DNA from: Escherichia coli | GTDB taxonomy: Bacteria; Pseudomonadota; Gammaproteobacteria; Enterobacterales; Enterobacteriaceae | NCBI RefSeq assembly: GCF_024298765.1 | Contig: NZ_CP101210.1 | Strand: one strand, 5' to 3' | DNA: 64,000 nt | Shown: positions 47,357 through 57,007 of the stretch, in pieces | How positions within the stretch are numbered: position 1 is the first letter of the stretch | Layout of the letters: each line of letters begins with the position of its first letter | Notes under the pieces: generated by a model | What the model was told of the DNA's origin: nothing | What the model saw: only the letters and a program-made list of their open reading frames with translations | The model's database searches: none | Program-made: the position numbers and the translations under genes

Positions 47357-48520
47357 TTATCTGGAATCGATTTGGCTGTTCTGCCTGGTTGCCACCAAAT
47401 CATGGTACGCCTGCTCAATCATTTCATTCAGCAGTTTTTTTGGGAGGACACCACGACTTCGGGCAATACTTTCAAGCTGTTTGTGGATTTTTCCGGACAG
47501 TTTCAGAGGGACGGAACCATCAGCACGTTCATCACGCCTTTTTTGTTGCTCCCGGGCACTTTTCAGCTCATCAAGAAGAATCGCTTTATGCTGAATCCTG
47601 GGGGCCTGGAAGGAGACCTGCGTAAACTTCGCTCTGTTCCGTCTGGGATTACTTTCCAGTAAAAACTGTACCTGTTGCTCATTCCAGCCCTCCCAGTTAT
47701 CAAACGTGGCGCAGGCAAACCAGTATTTCTGCTCCGGGGTAAGGGGATTCAGCGGGGTTCCCACACACCGGACCTGCATGGCGTTCCATAACCAGTCACA
47801 CTGTTCACTGTCCCTGCTGTCCACCCACGAAAAGGGGGAGGGGTAATCATTGTTTATGCTGGCCCATTCAGAGAATACTGAGTTGATAATCGTCCTCGTA
47901 GCCTCTGGTCCGGATTTCAGCAGGTAACTGGAGCAGAACCATATAATTTCACGGTAGATTTTATCCGGATGCACGGTGCGCATCGGCTTTTCTCTGGGAC
48001 CGGCAATCTTCGGTTGCGATGGAAACCCCGTGGCAAACCGCAGATGTTCCGGGGGCATTCCTGAACGTTTTTCAGGAATGGGTGTGAGTCCTGCGTTTCT
48101 GGTCTTTTCCGCTTGTCCGGTATTGCCTCCGGCCGGAGTGTTGTCGGGAGTATCTTCCGGAGGCGAGGTGTTTTCATTAGTTGGGGGAACAACAGCAGAA
48201 CTGTCCATCTCCGGAATGGGTTGAGGGGCATAATCACTGTGGTAGCCAGGGGAAAGCGTTAAGTCCCGAAGGATGACATCAGGTTCCGGGCAGTGAGTGC
48301 CACCGGGAGTGAACGGGAGTTGTTGCTTTTGGGAGAAAAATGTATTGTGAATGCGGGTATACAGCTGGAACAGAAAAAAATAAGATGCCCGTGGTTCTTT
48401 TTTTAACCACTGTGTATATTCCTCTATGGCACCGAGCTGTTGTTTGTGCCGTTTTACAGCATCGATATACGGACAGCTGGTGCAGATATCATCCAGTTCC
48501 TTTCCCACAATACACCTCAC
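47357..48520 (-). CDS. hypothetical island protein with low-complexity Pro/Thr-rich linker
   Basis: 387-aa ORF; central PPTNENTSPPEDTPDNTPAGGNTGQ region; C-terminal helical segment; no recognised catalytic motif. Confidence 0.45.
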   Translation of the reverse strand: MRCIVGKELDDICTSCPYIDAVKRHKQQLGAIEEYTQWLKKEPRASYFFLFQLYTRIHNTFFSQKQQLPFTPGGTHCPEPDVILRDLTLSPGYHSDYAPQPIPEMDSSAVVPPTNENTSPPEDTPDNTPAGGNTGQAEKTRNAGLTPIPEKRSGMPPEHLRFATGFPSQPKIAGPREKPMRTVHPDKIYREIIWFCSSYLLKSGPEATRTIINSVFSEWASINNDYPSPFSWVDSRDSEQCDWLWNAMQVRCVGTPLNPLTPEQKYWFACATFDNWEGWNEQQVQFLLESNPRRNRAKFTQVSFQAPRIQHKAILLDELKSAREQQKRRDERADGSVPLKLSGKIHKQLESIARSRGVLPKKLLNEMIEQAYHDLVATRQNSQIDSR

Positions 48521-49984
48521 CTGCTTTTCTCACATTTGCAGATTTTAAAAAAGCAAACAAAAACCTCCGTACATGATGTACAGAACAATCTACCAGGTAG
48601 TGGCGTCAGAAAACCTCCGGGCCGCCTGCACTTTCCGGAATGCGCCGGTTATGAAAAACCGGAAATTCAGTCTCTGTTGTAAGATGTACCCTCTGATACT
48701 ACGTTTTCTCTGTGTATTTAACTCACTGTATTTATTGTCTTTTTAAGCTTGACTGATATTCTCCGGTCATAGTGTGCCGGATATACATCCCGTAAACTTC
48801 TCATTTTTATATAAAAATACTTGCACTCTCTTCAGCGCATCTGTCTCCTTTAAGTAAAAAATGTTTTCACGTATTGCTGTAAATTCATTTTAAATCAGTA
48901 TATTACCTTGATATTGCTGTCTCCTGGTTTGATGCGTAATCGTTCTGCCTTTCTGGATGATTCTGGTGCTTCCGGGTGCATTCTCCTCTGCACATGCAAC
49001 AGTTCGTCATCGCCACGCTCCCAAAAAGCATATAAAAACGAATCGAATTTGATATTTTTTTCAATCGTTTTTCATAGGAATTTCGTAGGGTATTCTCCGC
49101 TATAACCTCCATATTTGCTGTCTTTTTCTTCATAAATCGTATGCAATATAGCCTGTCTGTCAAGACCTCTTCTCTGCTGTTGAGGAGACGATCTCATTTT
49201 TGGTCTTTTCCGGGAGAGAGGCTGTCAGATGAGCGAGCCGGATATACTGTCAGAGGTACACCCCGTAGCAGACCTGTGCTCCCATTTCCGCGATCCGGAA
49301 CCAACAACACCCTACGGTTAATACCATTTGAAGCGTCAGGTACTGCAGGAAGTTCCCCCCTGCGCGGACATCGGTTCCTGCCGACATCTCACAATACGGC
49401 CAGACTGTCATGCAGTAACACCCGCATGCGGTCTGCGGTTTTAAGCGCACTCTCCCGTTTTCAGTGCACCGATAATGCGTCATAGTAAGTCTGGGGGAAG
49501 TTACGGAATGCCTGTTAAGTGGTGCCGTGGGTGGAGACAGCTTACTTTTCTACAGCAACTGCAGTCATTCAGGATGATCAGGAGATATTCTGTCAATGTC
49601 ACGATCCTGCCATTTTCGTACCCGCTAAGATACTTCCGTTACTGATGCTGTCCGCTTTTCACCATTTCATCCTCACTGACAGGCGTTGCGTTTTGGGTCA
49701 TCACCACAGCTTTACGTTTCTCTTTTAACCGGTAACGCTCTCCTTTGATATTCAGCGTGGTTGAGTGATGCAGCAGTCAATCCAGGAGCGCTGTTGTCCG
49801 GCAACCACCATATCAACTTCTTCCCGGGTGTGGCGGAGAGGTGGTATCCTGGCTGAGTTTCGAAGCGAACCGTTCTTTTTGACGGGCGCATTTTACGTCC
49901 GGGCTGAATGTAGTAACGCGGCATGGAACGTCGGCCCGTATACCATTGCCTTAATCTCCGCAAAGATAACCTCGTCATTCCGGA

Positions 49985-49992
49985 CATTCTCT
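49985..49992. repeat. 8-bp target-site duplication (left) of IS66-family insertion
   Basis: cattctct identical to 52430-52437. Confidence 0.85.
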
Positions 49993-50075
49993 GTAAGCGT
50001 CGTCTGAGTACCGTCTGGTCCCGAATCCAGGATCCTGTAACTTAAGCACCCACTTATTTTGCAGGTGGACACCTC

Positions 50076-50459
50076 ATGCGCGCTAAAGAAAGACTTCCCC
50101 GGAAACACTATTCCCCTGAATTCAAAATGGAACTGGTCAGGCTGGCTCTTGAAGAAGAAGGCAGTATTGCCGCACTGGCCCGGAAACATGACGTCAATGA
50201 TAACCTGCTCTTTAAATGGATAAGGCTCTGGCAGCGTGAAGGGCGGGTCTGTCGGCCCCGAAAAAACTCATCGTCGCTTCCTGCCCTGATACCCGTGCAG
50301 CTTCAGGCGGGCTCTTCTCTCCCAACCTTCGAACTACCATCCTGCTCTCCTCCCGCTACCTGCCACATAAAATGTCGGGGAGGAGAAATAACACTGACTC
50401 ATCCCTCTGCTGAACTCATGAGCACTGTCCTGCGCGAACTGATGCGGGGGCCTGTATGA
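50076..50459 (+). CDS. IS66 family accessory protein (orf1/TnpA)
   Basis: 127 aa; HTH-like N-terminus; first ORF of IS66 element. Confidence 0.8.
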   Translation: MRAKERLPRKHYSPEFKMELVRLALEEEGSIAALARKHDVNDNLLFKWIRLWQREGRVCRPRKNSSSLPALIPVQLQAGSSLPTFELPSCSPPATCHIKCRGGEITLTHPSAELMSTVLRELMRGPV

Positions 50460-50803
50460 TAAATCTTCCCGCAGGCACAAAAATCTGGCTGGTTGCCGGT
50501 ATCACCGATATGCGCAACGGCTTCAATGGCCTCGCCGCAAAGGTGCAGACCGCGCTGAAAGATGACCCGATGTCCGGCCACGTCTTCATCTTCCGGGGAC
50601 GCAGCGGCAGTCAGGTAAAACTGCTCTGGTCCACCGGCGATGGTCTGTGCCTGCTGACAAAGCGACTGGAACGTGGTCGCTTCGCCTGGCCCTCAGCCCG
50701 CGATGGCAAAGTGTTCCTGACGCCGGCGCAACTGGCGATGCTGATGGAAGGTATCGACTGGCGACAGCCAAAGCGGTTACTGACATCCCTGACCATGTTG
50801 TAG
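50456..50803 (+). CDS. IS66 family accessory protein (orf2/TnpB)
   Basis: 115 aa; overlapping start with orf1 stop; typical IS66 organisation. Confidence 0.8.
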   Translation: MINLPAGTKIWLVAGITDMRNGFNGLAAKVQTALKDDPMSGHVFIFRGRSGSQVKLLWSTGDGLCLLTKRLERGRFAWPSARDGKVFLTPAQLAMLMEGIDWRQPKRLLTSLTML

Positions 50804-50852
50804 CGCTCTTTATCCTGGTTGTCGCAGAATAAGCCTGGTAAAATACAGGCTT

Positions 50853-52388
50853 ATGAACGACACCTCTTCTGACGACATCCTTCTGCTGAAACAGCGCCTG
50901 GCCGAACAGGAAGCGTTGATCCACGCCCTGCAGGAAAAGCTGAGCAACCGGGAACGCGAAATAGACCATCTGCAGGCGCAACTGGATAAGCTGCGCCGGA
51001 TGAACTTCGGCAGTCGTTCCGAAAAGGTATCCCGCCGTATCGCGCAAATGGAAGCTGACCTGAACCTGCTGCAGCAGGAAAGCGATACGCTGACCGGCCG
51101 GGTGGATGACCCGGCAGTGCAGCGCCCGCTGCGTCAGACCCGCACCCGCAAACCGTTCCCTGAGTCACTCCCACGGGATGAGAAGCGGCTGCTGCCGACT
51201 GAGCCGTGTTGCCCGGAGTGCGGTGGTTCGCTGAGTTACCTGGGTGAGGATGCCGCCGAACAGCTGGAGCTGATGCGCAGCGCCTTCCGGGTTATCCGGA
51301 CAGTCCGTGAAAAGCATGCCTGCCGTCGGTGCGATCGCATCGTTCAGGCCCCGGCTCCTTCGCGCCCCATCGAACGGGGGATCGCCGGACCGGGGCTGCT
51401 GGCCCGAGTGCTGACCTCAAAGTATGCAGAGCACACACCGCTGTATCGCCAGTCGGAGATCTATGCCCGCCAGGGTGTAGTGTTGAGTCGTTCTGTACTG
51501 TCGGGCTGGGTGGATGCGTGTTGTCGTCTGCTGGCACCGCTGGATGAAGCCCTTCAGCACTATGTCCTGACCGACGGCAAACTCCATGCTGACGATACGC
51601 CTGTCCCGGTGCTGTTGCCAGGCAATAAGAAGACGAAGACCGGGCGCTTATGGACGTACGTTCGAGACGACCGCAACGCCGGATCAGCGCTGGCCCCCGC
51701 AGTGTGGTTCGCTTACAGCCCGGACAGAAAAGGTATCCACCCTCAGACCCATCTTGCAGGCTTCAGTGGCGTACTGCAGGCTGATGCCTACGCCGGGTTC
51801 AACGAGCTCTACCGCGACGGCCATATAAAGGAAGCCGCGTGCTGGGCCCATGCCCGCCGAAAAATCCACGATGTTCACGTCCGTACCCCGTCAGCCCTGA
51901 CGGAGGAGGCGCTGAAACGGATCGGCGAGCTGTATGCCATCGAGTCGGAGCTCAGAGGTAAAAGAGCAGAGGAACGGCAGGCAGTCCGGCACCAAAAAGT
52001 GCTGCCGCTGCTGGCGTCACTGGAGGGGTGGCTGCGGGAGAAACAGAAAACCCTCTCAAGGCACTCAGAACTGGCGAAGGCGTTCGGGTATGCGCTGAAC
52101 CAGTGGCCGGCGCTGACCCGCTATGCAGAAGATGGCTGGGTGGAGGTGGATAATAACATTGCCGAAAACGCCCTACGACTGGTCAGTCTGGGGAGAAAAA
52201 ACTGGCTGTTCTTCGGCTCGGATCATGGTGGTGAGCGCGGTGCGTCACTGTACAGTCTTATCGGGACGTGCAAATTAAACGGCGTGGATCCGGAACGCTA
52301 TCTGCATCATGTACTTGATGTCATCGCCGACTGGCCTGTGAACCGGGTGGGTGCTCTGCTCCCGTGGCGGGTTACTCTGCCCGCCTGA
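50853..52388 (+). CDS. IS66 family transposase (orf3/TnpC)
   Basis: 511 aa; N-terminal leucine zipper, CPECGG...CRRCD zinc motif, DDE region. Confidence 0.9.
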   Translation: MNDTSSDDILLLKQRLAEQEALIHALQEKLSNREREIDHLQAQLDKLRRMNFGSRSEKVSRRIAQMEADLNLLQQESDTLTGRVDDPAVQRPLRQTRTRKPFPESLPRDEKRLLPTEPCCPECGGSLSYLGEDAAEQLELMRSAFRVIRTVREKHACRRCDRIVQAPAPSRPIERGIAGPGLLARVLTSKYAEHTPLYRQSEIYARQGVVLSRSVLSGWVDACCRLLAPLDEALQHYVLTDGKLHADDTPVPVLLPGNKKTKTGRLWTYVRDDRNAGSALAPAVWFAYSPDRKGIHPQTHLAGFSGVLQADAYAGFNELYRDGHIKEAACWAHARRKIHDVHVRTPSALTEEALKRIGELYAIESELRGKRAEERQAVRHQKVLPLLASLEGWLREKQKTLSRHSELAKAFGYALNQWPALTRYAEDGWVEVDNNIAENALRLVSLGRKNWLFFGSDHGGERGASLYSLIGTCKLNGVDPERYLHHVLDVIADWPVNRVGALLPWRVTLPA

Positions 52389-52429
52389 CCAGCTTCACTT
52401 CGTCAATACGGTTCTCACTGCACGCTTAC

Positions 52430-52437
52430 CATTCTCT
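52430..52437. repeat. 8-bp target-site duplication (right) of IS66-family insertion
   Basis: cattctct. Confidence 0.85.
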
Positions 52438-53346
52438 GCCAGGCATATGTCGATGTAATCCATAAACGATTTCAGCTTACCCCTTTTGTGGCCAGTCTTT
52501 CTGGCTGGCGGTTCAGGGGATGTTTTCTGGTTATCGTGTACCACAAAGCAGGGATATTGCCCCGATAGTCACATTTCAGATTGATCGCGGTCTGAAGATG
52601 TGGCACTGAGGTAACGTGCTGGTGTCACTGGTATTGCTGAAGTTATGGTTTTTCGGGGTCAGGTGAGCCTGTTGTGTGTATGCTTTTTGTTCAGGTCAGA
52701 GGGGGACTGTGTGGACAGCGGCTTTTGTCTCCGGGCATTCACGCCTGAACGATGAATGCGATTTTCAGCAATATTTGTCTTTGTGACACTCTCTGGTTGA
52801 GAAGCTAATGCGCGCCCCTGTTTCCACAGAGAATGAGGCTTGCCATCAGCCGAAACATCAGTATTCCACGCCATACAGACGGCGCCTGACCATGTGCTGA
52901 TGCAGGTAAAATGTTTCACTACAACTGTTCGGGTTGCTATGCAACGAAACAGCGATTCTCACGATCTTTAACTGCAACGTTTTTCCGCCTGAAAGCTGAC
53001 TGCCTCCTGCTGAGGTGGGAGGCTATGATTCAGTGCGTTTATAGTCTCCGGGGTATGCATGTACCGGAGCATACCATTTCTGGTGGATAACAAGCCGGCA
53101 CATTCAGACTGCAGTGAAGATGGAGGCACCTGGTTGTGAAGAACGTTTCTGCCCGTGGCTGCTTCGCATCATCAATGGTATTCATACCCGCTCAGAAATG
53201 ACCGGGTGCTGAAGCCCTCCGTTATCGCGCAGTATAATGACGTATATGATCTGTGGACGAGTGAGCGGCGTGCCTGATGTACGCCGCTATTACTGTATTT
53301 TACCACAGGGCTGGTTTTCTGCTGCCAGCCCTGTGGTTCTCAGACA

Positions 53347-53964
53347 TCAACTGTGAGCGGCATCAACCGATGTACGGTATGCCATAAGCACGTACTGATC
53401 CATCAGATTTGTCAGTGGTTCACTCTGACCCTGACGTGCAATGATCCATTGCTCCAGATCTTTTTCTGATTTGTGTTTCAGGTTTTTCGTCCAGTCGTCA
53501 AGGCTGTTTCCGGTCATTAAGTCAAGCCAGCAGAGCCAGACCAGTTTGAGACGTAACTCCGTGCCGCCAAACTGACGGAAGAGGCTGATCAGTTTGTTTG
53601 CCAGAGAATGTTGCTTCAGGCGCTCACATTCAGACAGCAGGATCCCTTCCAGCATCGGATGATGAACCAGCAGGTGTTCGCTGGTGCATAAATTCACCAC
53701 CAGATCATCATCCAGGGACGGGGAGCTCCGTTTGTCCGGACCATAAATCAGCCGGTGCAGACTCTGGGGAACGATGGCAATCTCCGGTTTTTCGCCATTG
53801 AATGACACCCACCCGGGCGTCAGATTATGGAAATAGTAGATATTCGGATGACACACGCCCCATGATACGGCGTGCCGGGTGAAGCCGGTCAGCCATTTCT
53901 GGTAGTTTTCATGGAGCAGCTCGTAACGGGTCTGATACTGTTGTTTCATTTTCATATTCCTCAC
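53347..53964 (-). CDS. hypothetical prophage-island protein
   Basis: 205-aa ORF co-oriented with and downstream of alpA; no motif recognised. Confidence 0.4.
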   Translation of the reverse strand: MRNMKMKQQYQTRYELLHENYQKWLTGFTRHAVSWGVCHPNIYYFHNLTPGWVSFNGEKPEIAIVPQSLHRLIYGPDKRSSPSLDDDLVVNLCTSEHLLVHHPMLEGILLSECERLKQHSLANKLISLFRQFGGTELRLKLVWLCWLDLMTGNSLDDWTKNLKHKSEKDLEQWIIARQGQSEPLTNLMDQYVLMAYRTSVDAAHS

Positions 53965-54042
53965 GGGGGATAACAGGCAGCAGAGCGCCGCCGGCAGGCC
54001 GGAGATTGCGTCTGCTGTGGGCGAAGGGTTAGTGGTTAAAAA

Positions 54043-54249
54043 TTACAGACGGGACTGTGCAATACGCGCCTGCAGCCAGGCTTCCACTTCACTTTTCAGC
54101 CAGCGGGAGCTGCGCCCCATTTTGATGGGCGCAGGAAAGCCCCCATCTTTGATGAGTTTGTCAAACCACTTATCGGTAAGGCCGGTCAGTTGAGTGATAA
54201 ACGCCATGTCGACCATCTGGTCATCCATCAGCGAAACTGGGGTAGCCAT
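54043..54249 (-). CDS. alpA: AlpA-family prophage transcriptional regulator
   Basis: 68 aa from MATPVSLMDDQMVDMAFITQLTGLTDKWFDKLIKDGGFPAPIKMGRSSRWLKSEVEAWL; start trimmed from ORF 54447. Confidence 0.8.
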   Translation of the reverse strand: MATPVSLMDDQMVDMAFITQLTGLTDKWFDKLIKDGGFPAPIKMGRSSRWLKSEVEAWLQARIAQSRL

Positions 54250-54413
54250 GAGAATGTTCCTCCGGATGTTGTTAAACCAGCCGGTGTGGTCATGAAAACA
54301 GCGCGCCACCTTCACCGGCATAACAACCGGGGAGAAACGTAAAAAATAATCGGGAATGTGGCTGTCCGGAGATAAACGGGGGGATTGCGATGGCAGAGCC
54401 GTAGCGGAATCCC

Positions 54414-54425
54414 GGGGGGGGGGGG
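54414..54425. repeat. G12 homopolymer tract
   Basis: 12 consecutive G read directly, about 165 bp upstream of alpA start. Confidence 0.9.
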
Positions 54426-55376
54426 TTGCGAAAAGATGCTTCCGCACGCACGCGCGATAAAGAGGGGATAGTTTTCGTGAGGACAGGGAGAGAAGCAGGC
54501 GTTCTGATAATTGCAGAGTTGTTTTCGGAGGTGGTTACAGTGAGTCAGCCCGTTCCTGGCGAGCAGGAGACTGATATCACCGATGGGATAAGGTTGTCTG
54601 ATTGGTATTATAAATATAAGAAGTCATCAGAGAGTAACGTAAAGGATTTGCCAGAATAACCTAAGAGAGTAAATCTCTCCGGTAACAGAGCGCTGTGAAG
54701 CATTCTGTATCAGAGTGCAGATACATGAACGCTGATGCGTAAAATCAGCAGTGACACGCCAGCTCCCCCTATGCCCATTCCTGTATAAGACATGAACTGA
54801 GTGTATTAATGCTTCTGCCCTGAGACTGAGCCGGTGAGTGAGGGGCTGAGAAATCCCTCTTGACACAGCTCTAACCAGAAATACTTCCCCGGTTGTTGCG
54901 GTGCGTCCGGATCCCCGATAACGGAACACTAAGGCTGTATTGCGGGACACCGGGTAAGTAGCAGCCCGTAAGGCGTTCTGTCAACGCCAGAAAAAATGAT
55001 TTCCCACACGCGTTATAGACTCACTCCTGTGGACCTGGAAGCCCGTAACTCTGCGGTTGCCCACTGACTGACGGAACTGACCGCAAATTTTACGAGTGCG
55101 TGCTGGGCTTCAGTCTGGTCACCTGAGCGTTCGGTAACGGAGGCGCGGGCGGTAATAGGCTGATTTTCAGGTATTACCGGCTTACAGCGTGTGGTTGATA
55201 TTGAGGGGCTGTGAGTTTCGCGTATTTGTCAGAAACCCAGACGAGTTTTCCTGTATGGGACGAAATAAGGCAGCGGCAATACCTGGAAAAATTTAATATG
55301 GTATGAAGGAGAACCTGTCGGTTACGCTTAATATACCCGGTACACTGTCAGCTCAGGGGATACATGAACCGTTATC

Positions 55377-55580
55377 TCACCAGCTACACAGTATATACAC
55401 ACTGACGCTGACAGTAGTCAGCAGGACCACAATAATCAGTGCCAGCAGTATGGTAACGATACGGTCTGTATTCCGGTAATAGCCGAAGGGGTCGACAGAA
55501 CCACAATACGGGCAACACACTGTATTATGAGTAATCGCGTTTCCACAGTCCCTGCACTTCTTTTTGCGTATCACCATCAC
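55377..55580 (-). CDS. small zinc-ribbon membrane protein
   Basis: 67 aa; CRDCG...CCPYCG followed by C-terminal TM helix IVTILLALIIVVLLTTVSVSVYIL. Confidence 0.45.
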   Translation of the reverse strand: MMVIRKKKCRDCGNAITHNTVCCPYCGSVDPFGYYRNTDRIVTILLALIIVVLLTTVSVSVYILCSW

Positions 55581-55740
55581 TCCCTCCTCACAGCCTTACC
55601 CGTAACCGGTTTTTTACATTAAAAAAACAACGCTGAAAATTCAACCGTCAGTCCGGAGACGACCGTTCGGGTTATCACAGAGTGCCTGAGACAGTGTCCT
55701 GCCGGAGGTCACTTCAGGGACTCTGCGCATTTTTTACGAC

Positions 55741-56346
55741 GTGGCTATTCCGTATGAACCATACGGAGATTTAACCATGACCTACAAATACAACCCCTTC
55801 TGGCAGCAACGTATTCGTGAGACGGTGCGGCACGCACTGAATGTTCATCCCCGCCTGACGGCATTGCGGGTTGACCTGCGTTTCCCGGATGTACCGGCAG
55901 CAACGGACGCAGCTGTGATATCCCGCTTCATCAATGCCCTGAAAGCCCGAATCGACGCTTACCAGAAACGTAAGCATCGGGAAGGTAAACGCGTGCATCC
56001 CACAACCCTGCATTACGTCTGGGCCCGGGAGTTTGGGGAGTGCAAAGGTAAAAAACACTATCACCTGATGCTGCTGGTTAACCGGGATACCTGGTGTCGT
56101 GCCGGTGATTACCGTGCTCCGGGATCACTGGCCGGGATGATTAAACAGGCGTGGTGCAGTGCCCTGGGAGTGGATGTCGGGTGCCATGCCACGCTGGTGC
56201 ATTTCCCGGCCTGGCCGGCGGTGTGGCTGGAACGCGATGATGACACTGGCTTTCAGCAGGTGCTGGAACGTGCTGACTATCTGGCGAAGGAACATACCAA
56301 AGCTCACTGCACCGGTGAGCGCAATTTTGGCTGTAGCCGGAGTTGA
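55741..56346 (+). CDS. hypothetical prophage protein (possibly YfjJ/YagK-like)
   Basis: 201-aa ORF; His/Cys-rich (HYHLMLLVNRD...); family assignment from memory only. Confidence 0.4.
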   Translation: MAIPYEPYGDLTMTYKYNPFWQQRIRETVRHALNVHPRLTALRVDLRFPDVPAATDAAVISRFINALKARIDAYQKRKHREGKRVHPTTLHYVWAREFGECKGKKHYHLMLLVNRDTWCRAGDYRAPGSLAGMIKQAWCSALGVDVGCHATLVHFPAWPAVWLERDDDTGFQQVLERADYLAKEHTKAHCTGERNFGCSRS

Positions 56347-56599
56347 GCACGACTGGCGCGCCAATACCCGGCAAACCAAAAGTATGGGTTGTTGTCTGGC
56401 GGCAACGATGTATCCACTCGCCCACTGACTGTTTTTTACGTCAGTGTTCCATTGTGTGACAACCACAGTGCTGTAACAGCAACCAGCCTGCTTTACCCAA
56501 ACTCCAGTCCAGATTTTAACTGAACCGCCATTCACACCCTGACCACGCTGCCCGTACCGGGACGGCTGTTGCCTGCGTGTCGTCTGGCGGCTGAGGAAT

Positions 56600-57007
56600 A
56601 TGACTATGTACGCAAAATCCTTTATCGCTCTTGATGGCAACGGACGTCTGACGGGCGCCCGTACTGCACAGGCCGCACCTTATGCTAACTACACCTGCCA
56701 CTTGTGTGGCAGTGCACTCAGATACCATCCGCAATACGACACTGAACTTCCCTGGTTTGAACACACTGACGACAGGCTGACAGAGCACGGTCAACAGTGC
56801 CCTTATGTCAGGCCGGAGCGCAGAGAAATACAGTTGATTAAACGTCTGCAGCAATTCGTACCGGATGCCTTACCCGTGGTGCGTAAAGCCAGCTGGCACT
56901 GCAGACAATGTCACCACGATTATTATGGGGAGCGGTACTGCACACACTGCCAGACCGGAGGATTCAGTATTCCCCGGACAACTCAGGAGGAAATATGCGA
57001 ATTCTGA
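56600..57007 (+). CDS. CoiA-like zinc-finger domain protein, paralog 1
   Basis: 135 aa; CHLCGSAL...PWFEH and WHCRQCHH...CTHCQTGG motifs. Confidence 0.55.
   Translation: MTMYAKSFIALDGNGRLTGARTAQAAPYANYTCHLCGSALRYHPQYDTELPWFEHTDDRLTEHGQQCPYVRPERREIQLIKRLQQFVPDALPVVRKASWHCRQCHHDYYGERYCTHCQTGGFSIPRTTQEEICEF

Larger units (their letters stand above)
49993..52429 (+). mobile_element. intact IS66-family insertion sequence (about 2.44 kb)
   Basis: terminal imperfect IRs gtaagcgtcgtctgagtaccgt / gtaagcgtgcagtgagaaccgt (reverse complement); three ORFs orfA-orfB-tnpC; flanked by 8-bp direct repeats. Confidence 0.9.
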
